Positions 22,578 to 31,643 of a stretch of DNA of 64,000 nucleotides are shown one piece after another. Source of the DNA: Colwellia sp. (GTDB lineage Bacteria > Pseudomonadota > Gammaproteobacteria > Enterobacterales > Alteromonadaceae); assembly GCA_026196955.1 (NCBI GenBank), contig JAPHTO010000060.1:18425-82424 (forward strand), in the 5' to 3' direction. The notes beneath the pieces were generated by a model that saw only the letters and a program-made list of their open reading frames with translations, had not been told where the DNA came from and searched no databases. Both the position numbers and the translations under genes were made by a program. Numbering within the stretch: the first letter of the stretch is position 1; every line of letters starts with the position of its first letter.

Positions 22578-23321
22578 TTATTTACCTAATTGACTATCTA
22601 GCCAACCAACAATATAACGCCCTAATTGTTTATCTTTATCAAGCAATGGATAACCATGGTCGCCACCCTTGTAGGCGATAAATTTACTCTGTTCATTTGT
22701 GGTGGTTTTAAACAACTTTTTCGCACTTTCATAAGTGCCTGTATCTTCCTCTGCAGCAATAATCAAGGTGGGCTTATCGGCCATTATTTTCTTATAACGT
22801 GCTATATTTTCATCACGCTGACCGGAAGAAAAAAAGCCAATAACCTTGATAGGGTTATTCTCTGCTAATGTAATGGCTTGCGAGCCACCACAACTAGCAC
22901 CAACCACACCGACAATACCTTTATCAGAGATTTTGCTCAGTAAGTGTTTATAAGCCAGTTGCACATCACTAGGCCAATGAACAGACATTGCACGCCACGC
23001 TTTGCGGCGCTCATCTTGAGGTAACGCTTGAATTTTCTCGATATTGAATTCATCATTGGTGCTTTCACCAAAACCGCGAAAATCTAAACTTAACGCATGT
23101 ATACCTTGCGCTGACAATTGCTGACCGATCTCGTTATACATACTGCGGTTATAATTACATTGATGTAATAGTAATACCCCTCTATCACTTGTGATATTAC
23201 TTTGATAATAGCTAGCTTTTAAGTCGAAGCCATCGTCTGCTTTAAGTAATAAATCATTCGCCTTACTGGTTAATGTGAATGTAATTAATGTTGCCGATAA
23301 TAATGTCAAAAATAGTTTCAT
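22578..23321 (-). CDS. Secreted alpha/beta hydrolase (dienelactone-hydrolase-like)
   Basis: Signal peptide, nucleophile elbow GASCG, and HG-type oxyanion region (VLLLHQ). Confidence 0.7.
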   Translation of the reverse strand: MKLFLTLLSATLITFTLTSKANDLLLKADDGFDLKASYYQSNITSDRGVLLLHQCNYNRSMYNEIGQQLSAQGIHALSLDFRGFGESTNDEFNIEKIQALPQDERRKAWRAMSVHWPSDVQLAYKHLLSKISDKGIVGVVGASCGGSQAITLAENNPIKVIGFFSSGQRDENIARYKKIMADKPTLIIAAEEDTGTYESAKKLFKTTTNEQSKFIAYKGGDHGYPLLDKDKQLGRYIVGWLDSQLGK

Positions 23322-23513
23322 CTGTATTCCCTTCAGGTTAATTGCCTATCATCAAAGCTATCTAATTGTTAGTGACATTAAAACTATAACGCGCTGAATG
23401 GTTGGTAAATCAGGTTTAATGACCACTCTTTTTACGTATTTTCATTCAAGGTTTTAGAGATGAATAGAAGTTAACTTGGAAAGCATACCAGCTATGATTA
23501 TATTAAGTTAAAA

Positions 23514-23567
23514 TGGCTAAAGGAACTTGAACCCTCGACAACCAGAATCACAATTCAACTCATAGCC
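23514..23567 (-). repeat. Displaced, decayed copy of the tRNA-His 3' half (distal att-like site) plus a conserved element end
   Basis: TGGCTAAAGGAACTTGAACCCTCGACAACCAGAATCACAAT aligns with tRNA-His 32080-32121. The next ~50 nt are homologous to 27964-28015. Confidence 0.7.
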
Positions 23568-23704
23568 TTTTAAAATTATTACTTTTAGTGGTTTATCACG
23601 GTTATTATTGCAAAGAATAAGAACAGAAATAGAGGCTATGGTGTACATCAGCCAACCAACAAAAAAAATACTAATGTGGTTAAGTTCTTATTTTTATAAC
23701 GTGT

Positions 23705-24949
23705 TTACTGCTTTTTGTTACCAATGATCTCCTTGAGAGTATGGATAAAAGTGTTTATCTCTTTCTCATCGTTATAATAATGTACTGAAGCACGTACTAA
23801 ATCTGGAAGTTGTCGCTTAGTAGCATCAATTAACGTGCTTGACGGGCAGCTAGAGCTTACATTTATGTTTTTGCCATGAAGCTGTTCAACTATGCTAGGT
23901 GCTGTAAAACCATCAACAGTAAACGTGACTATTCCACATTTATTCTTCCCTATGTCTTGAACGGTGACACAGGGAATTGCAGATAACATTGTACGTAACT
24001 TTTCAGCCAATAAAACTACAGCACTTTCAATATTTTCAATACCTATATTGAGAGCATAATCCACAGCAGAGCCGAGACCAAGTTTAGCACTATAATTATT
24101 CTCCCAGTTTTCAAATCGGCGAGCATCATTTCTCAACTCATAGCTGGAGGGGCTAGTCCAAATTGCAGACATTAAATCAATCATTGGAGGATGCAGCTTT
24201 TTAATTACGCTTTTGCGTACAAACAGAAAACCAACTCCTCTCGGCCCCCGTAGATATTTTCGACTTGTTGCCGATAGTACATCACACTGAATACTTTCAA
24301 CATCTAAAGGAATTTGTCCAGCTGACTGGCAGGCGTCTACAATATAGAAAATGTTCTGGCGTTTGGTAATGGCGCCTATTTCTTCCACTGGATTGATCAA
24401 TCCTCCATTGGTGGGTACATGTGTCACTGAAACCAATTTTACCTGTTCATCAATCATTCCCTCTAGCGATGAAATACAAATTTCTCCTTCAGTATTTGAA
24501 GGTATAACCTCTATGATGACCCCTTTTTGCTTTGCAACTTGAAGGTAAGCCAAATAATTGGATGCATATTCAGCTTCACAAGTGAGAATGCGATCCCCTT
24601 TTTTAAAGGGAATAGAATAGAAAGCCATCATCCATCCGACAGTTGCATTTTCAACAATAGCGATTTCATCACGATGACAATTAATTAAGCGCGAGATTGA
24701 ATCATATACAGCTTCTATTTGATCTGACATACAATTTGCTGCTTCATATCCCCCAATTGATGCTTCCAATGTTAAATGGTTGAGTTGAGTTTCAAATACG
24801 CAATTAGGCATTAATGAAGAACCAGCATTGTTCAAGTGAATTACATTTTTCTTTCCTTGTGTATCATTAAAAACCGCTTCTTTATCGATTGGCATATTCT
24901 TATCTCTTGTGTTGACTATATAAGTTATTTCACAGGAATATAAAGCCAT
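23705..24949 (-). CDS. Class V aminotransferase / cysteine-desulfurase-like PLP enzyme (start possibly Met19 at 24895)
   Basis: PLP-lysine region SATSRKYLRGPRGVGFLFV and the HLNNAGSS N-terminal motif typical of class V fold-type I enzymes. Confidence 0.85.
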   Translation of the reverse strand: MALYSCEITYIVNTRDKNMPIDKEAVFNDTQGKKNVIHLNNAGSSLMPNCVFETQLNHLTLEASIGGYEAANCMSDQIEAVYDSISRLINCHRDEIAIVENATVGWMMAFYSIPFKKGDRILTCEAEYASNYLAYLQVAKQKGVIIEVIPSNTEGEICISSLEGMIDEQVKLVSVTHVPTNGGLINPVEEIGAITKRQNIFYIVDACQSAGQIPLDVESIQCDVLSATSRKYLRGPRGVGFLFVRKSVIKKLHPPMIDLMSAIWTSPSSYELRNDARRFENWENNYSAKLGLGSAVDYALNIGIENIESAVVLLAEKLRTMLSAIPCVTVQDIGKNKCGIVTFTVDGFTAPSIVEQLHGKNINVSSSCPSSTLIDATKRQLPDLVRASVHYYNDEKEINTFIHTLKEIIGNKKQ

Positions 24950-25012
24950 TTACAAACGATTTTTCTTTTAATAGACTTTACAAAATGTAAAGTAAGCTTG
25001 GGAAACTATAAG

Positions 25013-25942
25013 ATGAAATTGCCGCCACTAACAGCCCTCACCTATTTCAATGCGGCTGCATTACAGTTAAGTTTCAAGGCTGCGGCTAAGCAATTTTGTG
25101 TGACAGAGGGGGCGATAAGCCGACAAATTAAACTTTTAGAAGAATATTATGGTAAACCCCTGTTTGTTCGAACTAGGCGAGGAGTTCAATTGACGGATGC
25201 TGGGCAGCGTTTGATTTCAGTTATCGAACCTGCAATACAGAAGATTTTTCAAATCTCACAAGAGATACGCGGGTATAGTCCACAGTTCACATTGTCAGTC
25301 ACTACTAGCTTTGCTATACGTTGGTTGTTACCACGATTAGCAAATTTCGAAGCTACTCACCCTAATTTTCCAATAAATATTCAAGCAGCTAAAAATCCTC
25401 AAAAAATACAAAGTGTTGATTATGGAGCAAGTATTATTTATGTATTAGGAGATCCATATCACTCTGAAGCTACTATCCCAGCTAATGGGCATTTTGTCAT
25501 GGCGGAGTGGCTTATACCGGTGTGTTCACCAGCACTTTTAGACGAAGGAAAGTCGATTTCTCCATCATCTATGGAGGAGTTTAGGTTGATATTAAATGAG
25601 TCGAGCGGACGAGATTGGCGCCTTTGGTTAGAGTGCACTCCCACGGCAAAAGTACAATTTGATACAGCTATCAGGCTTGAGCATGACGATACAGCGATAC
25701 AGGCGGCTGTCGCAGGACATGGAATCGCTTTAGCTAATGTTGCTTACATAGATAATGAATTAAAAATGGGGAGTTTAGTTCCCATAATTGACCATCCTCC
25801 AGTTGCCATCGGTGCGCATTATTTTATTTGTAAACCAAGTTGTTTTGAACAACCTCATATTAAAGCGTTTAGTGAATGGCTTATGAAAAGTGCAGCCGAA
25901 TGCCTACCTCAAAATGACAAGATACCTAAGTACGGTGAATAA
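25013..25942 (+). CDS. LysR-family transcriptional regulator (GcvA-like), divergent from the aminotransferase
   Basis: N-terminal HTH LTALTYFNAAALQLSFKAAAKQFCVTEGAISRQIKLLE. I use the ATG at 25013 rather than the TTG at 24998. Confidence 0.9.
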   Translation: MKLPPLTALTYFNAAALQLSFKAAAKQFCVTEGAISRQIKLLEEYYGKPLFVRTRRGVQLTDAGQRLISVIEPAIQKIFQISQEIRGYSPQFTLSVTTSFAIRWLLPRLANFEATHPNFPINIQAAKNPQKIQSVDYGASIIYVLGDPYHSEATIPANGHFVMAEWLIPVCSPALLDEGKSISPSSMEEFRLILNESSGRDWRLWLECTPTAKVQFDTAIRLEHDDTAIQAAVAGHGIALANVAYIDNELKMGSLVPIIDHPPVAIGAHYFICKPSCFEQPHIKAFSEWLMKSAAECLPQNDKIPKYGE

Positions 25943-26128
25943 CATGACTATCAGAAATTTTGTAGCTGAAAAATAATTCCCTTCTTAATGAACCAAACTA
26001 TAAGTTAAAAACTAGCATGAATATATTAAAGTGGGTTAGTGAAACAAACCCATATGAAATTTCAATTGTAAGCTATTATTCAAAATGCACTTAGCAGCAT
26101 AAATGCAATGTTTGTACATTTATAATAA

Positions 26129-26263
26129 GTTTCTTGTTTTGCTTTATCATCTTATATAATTGCCCTCCAACGACTTGAAACTTTGAAAAAATATGCTGAT
26201 AACCATGACAAATCTATCAGTCAAATTGTACGAGAATCGTTAAAGACTTTGTTAAATAAATAA
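26129..26263 (+). pseudogene. Start-less remnant of a ribbon-helix-helix (CopG/antitoxin-like) gene
   Basis: The open frame ...YIIALQRLETLKKYADNHDKSISQIVRESLKTLLNK* has no in-frame ATG/GTG start upstream of the RHH-like segment. It is followed by a perfect 11-bp hairpin (26276-26303). Confidence 0.3.
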
Positions 26264-26404
26264 AAGCGGTGAAGTAGTGATAATCCAATACTGGATTATC
26301 ACTAAATTAGACCATTTAATTCATGTATTGTCGCAATTGTTCAAGACATATTGATTATCAATCTATAACCTTCTTCATACTTTAACCAATGAGGAGGCAA
26401 CGCC

Positions 26405-26794
26405 TTGAAATTTAAATACACGATACTTTATGTTGATGATGTTATTGAAACATTCAATTTCTATGAAAAAGCATTTGGCCTTAAAAAGAAAATGCTCCAT
26501 GAGAGTGGAGAGTATGGGGAATTAGATACTGGCAGTACGATACTTTCATTTTCCTCTCTCAAGCTCATGAAAGAACTAGGAAAAAACCCTGCTAAACCTA
26601 ACTTAAAAGCCCCTACGTTTGAAGTGGCTTTTGAAACTGATAATGTAAAGACTGCACTGTCTAAAGCACTAGAGGCGGGGGCTTCACTCGTGCAAGATGC
26701 TACGGATATGCCTTGGGGGCAGACAATAGCTTATGTAATCGAGAACAATGGTTTTTTAGTTGAAATTTGTACGCCTGTAGCTTCTCAGGCATAG
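26405..26794 (+). CDS. VOC (glyoxalase/bleomycin-resistance/dioxygenase) family protein
   Basis: 129 aa, TTG start preceded by GAGGAGG, and a VOC-like pattern (KYTILYVDDVIETFNFYEKAFG ... GFLVEICTP). Confidence 0.8.
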   Translation: MKFKYTILYVDDVIETFNFYEKAFGLKKKMLHESGEYGELDTGSTILSFSSLKLMKELGKNPAKPNLKAPTFEVAFETDNVKTALSKALEAGASLVQDATDMPWGQTIAYVIENNGFLVEICTPVASQA

Positions 26795-27426
26795 CCTTTG
26801 TCATTTAGCTGCCTGATAATAGCTGGAGAATTTAATACCTGTACTGGTGTTAACCCAAACCAGCGCTGAAACTCTCTATTCATATGAGACTGATCAGAAA
26901 AGCTGTAGTTTTCCGCATGATCAACTAGGCACACACTTTGGCTTAAACTTCTGGCAGCTTTTCTAATTCTAGCTAATTGTAACCAATAACTAGGTGTTCT
27001 CTTGGTCTTACTTAAAACCAGTCGCTGTAAAGTTCTGGTGCTGACCCCAAGTTGAGCCGAAATTTGTTTTATCGAACCCATCTCACTAGCAAAACACGTT
27101 AGTGCTTCCTCAATTGAGCTTTCGGTAGAAATAAAATCACCTATAAAGCCTTTCACATCTTCAGCATGAAGTTGTTTTGTTTCAATGTAGTCTAATAACT
27201 CACGCTCTTTAATTTCTGCTCCAGGACTTAAGCGAAAGCCAATATAATTGCAGCTTTCTTCTATCTGAACAAACTCGGGGCGGTCGTATAGAGGTGACAC
27301 TAACCAATTTGGTTTTTCATTTTCCAACGTTTTGACTATCAAATCACGACAACCATCAGGAATGACAATTGTCGATGTTGCGGCATTAAAGTCTGCACTC
27401 CAAATAGAAATCAGGTTATCGTTCAT
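26785..27426 (-). CDS. AraC-family transcriptional regulator
   Basis: C-terminal double HTH (ISAQLGVSTRTLQRLV ... FSDQSHMNREFQRWFGLTP). Its 3' end overlaps the VOC gene by 10 nt (convergent). Confidence 0.85.
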   Translation of the reverse strand: MNDNLISIWSADFNAATSTIVIPDGCRDLIVKTLENEKPNWLVSPLYDRPEFVQIEESCNYIGFRLSPGAEIKERELLDYIETKQLHAEDVKGFIGDFISTESSIEEALTCFASEMGSIKQISAQLGVSTRTLQRLVLSKTKRTPSYWLQLARIRKAARSLSQSVCLVDHAENYSFSDQSHMNREFQRWFGLTPVQVLNSPAIIRQLNDKGYA

Positions 27427-27917
27427 TTTATTAAGCTAAATATTATATTACAGTCTTGTCTTCAAATTCACAAAGTTCTTCAATAATGAAAGTACCACAC
27501 TAATAGCTGGCTTCATAGCGACTGCTTCGAGCTTTGTTGTCTATCAAGGTAAAGACAGGTCAGCCCCTTTCGGATACTAAAAATAGCTCAAAAAGTTATT
27601 CATATTTATCTCTAATGGCGGAACTGCTGCCATTATTTCATTAATCAAACTGCAACGGAGCTAGACAGTAAAATGAATGTGTCACCAAGCTCTATCTCTA
27701 ATTGGCAATGTTATGAAAAGATCAAAGTTATAACTATTAATAACTTTTGTTGGTATTTATTTACTTTTCGCCCGCACAGGAGTTGAATATGGATTTGTTG
27801 CTTTATCTAAAATTAAGAGTATAAAAACGTTAAATTAAATAAGGGACAAGTAGCTAAATGCCGCATGGTTATTGAACTAATGGATAGCTTAATAATTTTT
27901 CGAGGAGATATAAAAGA

Positions 27918-27976
27918 TGGGGTGGCTAAAGGGACTTGAACCCTCGACAACCGGAATCACAATTCAACTCCTAGCC
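27918..27976 (-). repeat. Displaced copy of the tRNA-His 3' half (internal att-like site between the two cassettes)
   Basis: 27918-27963 matches 32076-32121 at 44 of 46 positions. The 2 differences are compensatory in the T stem. The sequence then diverges into an element end shared with 23556-23607. Confidence 0.8.
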
Positions 27977-28092
27977 TTTTAAAGTCATTACTTTTAGTAG
28001 TTTATCATTGTTATCAGTGTTTATGTTTTTTGCAATTATTAACTTTTGATGGTTATTAATGTATATCTATAGGCACAGAATACGCACAGGAC

Positions 28093-28124
28093 TTTGAAAC
28101 CTAACACCTTAGTTAGGTTTCAAA
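28093..28124. terminator. 13-bp hairpin downstream of the S8 peptidase gene
   Basis: TTTGAAACCTAAC (28093-28105) pairs with GTTAGGTTTCAAA (28112-28124). The T-rich tail is only on the plus strand, so its role as the minus-strand terminator is uncertain. Confidence 0.35.
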
Positions 28125-28162
28125 ATTTAATTTTATTAATATCTGAGAAATCAATATTATAA

Positions 28163-30652
28163 TTAAACCACCACTTCTACAGGCACTGTTAATCCCACTT
28201 GTATAGAAACAGGAGTATATAGATCTACCGTCTGATCTGGTGTAGTAATCGACACAATCAAAGAGTAACGAGTCGCTTTATCCCATTTACCTAAATGACT
28301 ACGCTCTCGCCACCATCCAATCGTTGGCGATATACCTATTAAGTTAGAAGCAGCTAAATCAGCTGCTGTCCCTTTCCATATATCAGAATGAATAGATCCC
28401 CTATCTCTAGCTTGACTACCTAGTAGCCAATGATCGCTAGGGCTGCTAGTACCAGAACCATTTTCATCTGAATCTCTAGCCGCTTTATTAATTCGTTTTA
28501 AAAATTCATCTTTTGACTCGCTAGGGGAATTTAGGTCAAATCTAAGCGCATGTGAAGCATATCTATACCTATTTTTCCAACCAATTTCCCCGGGACCAGC
28601 CTCTATGAAGTATGAGAGCGTTATACGCATTTCTACAGGAGTACCATGAGGTAAATCTAAAAGTGTTTCTTTAGGCCAAGGCAGTTCGTGAAGGTGCATG
28701 TCCTTAGTGCGATATCCACCTGTAGGCTTTTTATCAAATGGTTGTAATGTCGATTGATTTATAAGTGTTAATGAATTTTTAGCGCTATGTAGAGCTCTTT
28801 CTAGGTCTGGTATACCATAACCGCAGACACTTAAAAGATGCTTGTAACTAGTTTTACTTTCATCATTAATGAATTGTCTTTTTAATGTATCGGGCCAAGA
28901 AGCACTATGAACTAACAAAGCTCTTATGGTTTCAGGCCAAAATTCTGGAAATGCTGAATTTAATTTACCACTCATCCATGCTAGTTGAGCTGCAGCAGCA
29001 CTTGTCATACTGAAAGTACTAAAATGTGCTTGTTGTGGATTATAAAAAGTAGAAAGTAAACTCAAATCATCACACTCAGTTACAAAACTACTTTCGTCAA
29101 TAGCAAGGTTACCACCCTCCATTACCAGCTCAGGTTTTATAGGCCATTTATTTTCCTCCCACGTAGAGGATGTAGTAGAAAATGGTGAAAGACCAAATTC
29201 AGGAGCTACACTGGAATATCCATTTAAAGTTGCATCAGTTATTTGGGTTAATGTCGTATACGCGCCAACAGTTAAAGCATTCCATGATTGAGCCGGATCA
29301 TGAACAGAGTCAGTTAACTGAATATCAGGATAACGAATAGCGGCATCTGTGATGCTTGCAGTAGTGTTTCCTGCACTTAGTATAATTAAACGTTGAGTAT
29401 CGTCATTAGCCCCTGATGAAAGCTGATCAATTTGAGCTGACCATGAGGTCGGCCTTCCTCTATCTCTCGTATCTTCTGCTGTAATAGCCATGCAAAAGCT
29501 GCGCTGCCTATTAGGAGCTTGAATTTCAGCACGGCTAACAGCTTGAGATGTAATATATCCCCATATATTTGCAGTATTTTGCTCTGGCGGCTGAGGTAAT
29601 ATTTTGACTGATTCTAGATTATGGGTTAATTCAATTCGTGAGGTAGAGTTTAAGGCGTCAATTAAGTTTCCATAACCACTTATTCCAGCCATTAAAGTGC
29701 CATGTTTATCATGGTCATGCTTACCCCATTCTTCATTAACGGTATGGCAATCATTATCAATTAATAAATCACGTATTAATGGATGGCCATTATTTACTCC
29801 AGTATCAAGTATACAGACACTAGCCTCTGAACTAAGGTCTATATTAATACGACCAAGTAGATCATCTACCCACTCACCTTGATCTTTATTATTTAAAGTC
29901 ATCCAGAATTCAGCGGTGATTTTAGCTTTACGATACTCTGCAATGTGATCAGATAGTTCTGATAACTTTTCTAATTGAGCATTATTAGCATAGATAACTT
30001 TAACAGCTCGTTCGGGGAATTTAATAATGCCTTCTTTAAACTGAATTTCTTGCTCACCTAATAGTGATTCAAATGCGCTGATAACCGTCAAATTATCACT
30101 ACTCAACCAAACCTCAATCCATTCAGGGGTATTTGTAGGTATCAAATCATATGCATCACTCCAAAAAGAATCCACTAATAATGCTTTGCGAATGTTTGAT
30201 ATTGTATTAATTAAAGCCGCATTCTTAGGTTTGTCTTTGGAGGTGTTTACATGAAGATAATCAGAAACTTTATCAAGAAAGAAATTCTTTTGAGCATTAG
30301 GAATGTATACAGTTGCGTATTGAATGCGAGTATTGTTATCAGGATTTGTAATTTCACGAACATTTAGTAATCGAATTTTCTTAGGCAAATTCTCTAAGCT
30401 TTTTAATTCTAATTCAGAGTCAGGATCACTAATAAATTCTAGATAAATACCGTTTCGAGTAGCATGGCTCACGGCACTTTCATTTTCTGCTTCTTCCCAA
30501 GCATTATTTAATTGTATTTGTAAATATGCACCGTGGGTTGCTCGATCGCGGCTAGGAGGCGGTTTACCTTGTCCACGCCTTGTTGTTGTATAATTGCTCG
30601 TCTCAGGGGCTTGAGTTAAAACTATATGGGGGAGTCTTCCTTCGGTCATCAC
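28163..30652 (-). CDS. Large signal-less (predicted cytoplasmic) S8 subtilisin-family serine peptidase, IetS-like (likely start ATG at 30649)
   Basis: Catalytic residues occur in canonical S8 order: D283 (CILDTGV), H317 (KHGTLMAG), N429 (LSAGN), S551 (SMTSAAAAQ). There is no signal peptide or TM segment. AAGGA lies 6 nt upstream of the ATG at 30649. The ~270-aa N-terminal and ~230-aa C-terminal regions are unassigned. Confidence 0.85.
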   Translation of the reverse strand: MMTEGRLPHIVLTQAPETSNYTTTRRGQGKPPPSRDRATHGAYLQIQLNNAWEEAENESAVSHATRNGIYLEFISDPDSELELKSLENLPKKIRLLNVREITNPDNNTRIQYATVYIPNAQKNFFLDKVSDYLHVNTSKDKPKNAALINTISNIRKALLVDSFWSDAYDLIPTNTPEWIEVWLSSDNLTVISAFESLLGEQEIQFKEGIIKFPERAVKVIYANNAQLEKLSELSDHIAEYRKAKITAEFWMTLNNKDQGEWVDDLLGRINIDLSSEASVCILDTGVNNGHPLIRDLLIDNDCHTVNEEWGKHDHDKHGTLMAGISGYGNLIDALNSTSRIELTHNLESVKILPQPPEQNTANIWGYITSQAVSRAEIQAPNRQRSFCMAITAEDTRDRGRPTSWSAQIDQLSSGANDDTQRLIILSAGNTTASITDAAIRYPDIQLTDSVHDPAQSWNALTVGAYTTLTQITDATLNGYSSVAPEFGLSPFSTTSSTWEENKWPIKPELVMEGGNLAIDESSFVTECDDLSLLSTFYNPQQAHFSTFSMTSAAAAQLAWMSGKLNSAFPEFWPETIRALLVHSASWPDTLKRQFINDESKTSYKHLLSVCGYGIPDLERALHSAKNSLTLINQSTLQPFDKKPTGGYRTKDMHLHELPWPKETLLDLPHGTPVEMRITLSYFIEAGPGEIGWKNRYRYASHALRFDLNSPSESKDEFLKRINKAARDSDENGSGTSSPSDHWLLGSQARDRGSIHSDIWKGTAADLAASNLIGISPTIGWWRERSHLGKWDKATRYSLIVSITTPDQTVDLYTPVSIQVGLTVPVEVVV

Positions 30653-30674
30653 TTATCCTTGAATAAAAATCCTA

Positions 30675-31643
30675 TTACCGCCCTAAATACGCTCCATGAC
30701 GATGATTTATTGAATCTAAAACTTGAGTGGCTTTTACTTTGTTATGGTCACTTAGTACGGCAACTTTAATTGCATCTTCACATGCATGTGCTATTTCTGC
30801 GTGACTTAAACCATCGCTATTTTTAAGCACCCTTTTCCACGCGAAATTTGAATCAATAAAACGACCAAGAACATTTTCAATAAGATGCTTACGCTCTTCT
30901 TCTTGTGGCTCTTGATAATGAAGAACATCATCAAAACGACGGAAAAGTGCATGATCAAGCAATTTAGGGTTATTGGTTGCAGCTACAATAAAACTATCAG
31001 ATTGATCCTGTTCAATAAATTGTAGAAATGCATTTAAAACCCTACGCATTTCACCAACATCATTGTCCATAGTTCGTTCGCTACCTATTGCATCAAACTC
31101 ATCAAATAGATAGACACCACTCTCCTGTTTAATTAAATCAAATATCTGACGCAATTTAGCACTTGTTTCACCCATAAACTTAGTAACTAATCGGTCAACT
31201 TGAATAATATGAAGTGGTAAATTTAATTCAAAAGCCAAAACTTTAGCTGTTAAGGTTTTTCCCGTTCCTGGTGGGCCTGATAGTAAAATTTTTCTTCTAT
31301 GGTCAAGTCCGTGTGATTTGAGTTTACCTCTTTGTCGGTACTCATGGAAAACGCGTTCGATACGTTGCTCCATTTTAGTTTCCATAATTAAAGCTGATTT
31401 AGGTATGTTAGGTGCTTCAGTTAAAACTAGATTCTTTAAATCCTGAGGAAACGATATTACTTTCAAAGCTTTTCGAGAGTCCAAAAGCTTTTTGTCAACT
31501 AAATCACGGATCTCGTGAGCAAGAGTTGCATGCCCTTGTTTAGCTTCATGGGCAGCAACCTGCAGCGCTATAGTTAAAAAACGCTCCTTATCTTCACTAG
31601 TATACGAGCGAATTAGTGATTTTATTTGTTCTGCCGTTGCCAT
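30675..31643 (-). CDS. Classic-clade AAA+ ATPase, IetA-like
   Basis: Walker A GPPGTGKT (123-130), Walker B VYLFDEFD (177-184), sensor-1 AATNN (221-225), arginines in FRRFD (234-238), and a ~110-aa helical N-domain. It lies 22-25 nt upstream of the S8 gene on the same strand. Confidence 0.85.
   Translation of the reverse strand: MATAEQIKSLIRSYTSEDKERFLTIALQVAAHEAKQGHATLAHEIRDLVDKKLLDSRKALKVISFPQDLKNLVLTEAPNIPKSALIMETKMEQRIERVFHEYRQRGKLKSHGLDHRRKILLSGPPGTGKTLTAKVLAFELNLPLHIIQVDRLVTKFMGETSAKLRQIFDLIKQESGVYLFDEFDAIGSERTMDNDVGEMRRVLNAFLQFIEQDQSDSFIVAATNNPKLLDHALFRRFDDVLHYQEPQEEERKHLIENVLGRFIDSNFAWKRVLKNSDGLSHAEIAHACEDAIKVAVLSDHNKVKATQVLDSINHRHGAYLGR

Larger units (their letters stand above)
23514..27917. 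mobile_element. Distal integrase-less, att-flanked cassette at tRNA-His (islet X: aminotransferase, LysR, VOC, AraC)
   Basis: It is bounded by tRNA-His 3'-half copies at 23514 and 27918. Both end regions are homologous to the ends of the neighbouring cassette. No recombinase ORF is present. Confidence 0.55.

Noticed and set aside
28163-30652. Reading the S8 peptidase as an ordinary secreted or nutritional subtilisin.
   Set aside because: The N-terminus (MMTEGRLPHIVLTQAPETSNYTTTRRGQGK...) has no signal peptide, lipobox or TM segment and no propeptide-like I9 pattern. The gene is tightly coupled to an AAA+ ATPase inside an islet.
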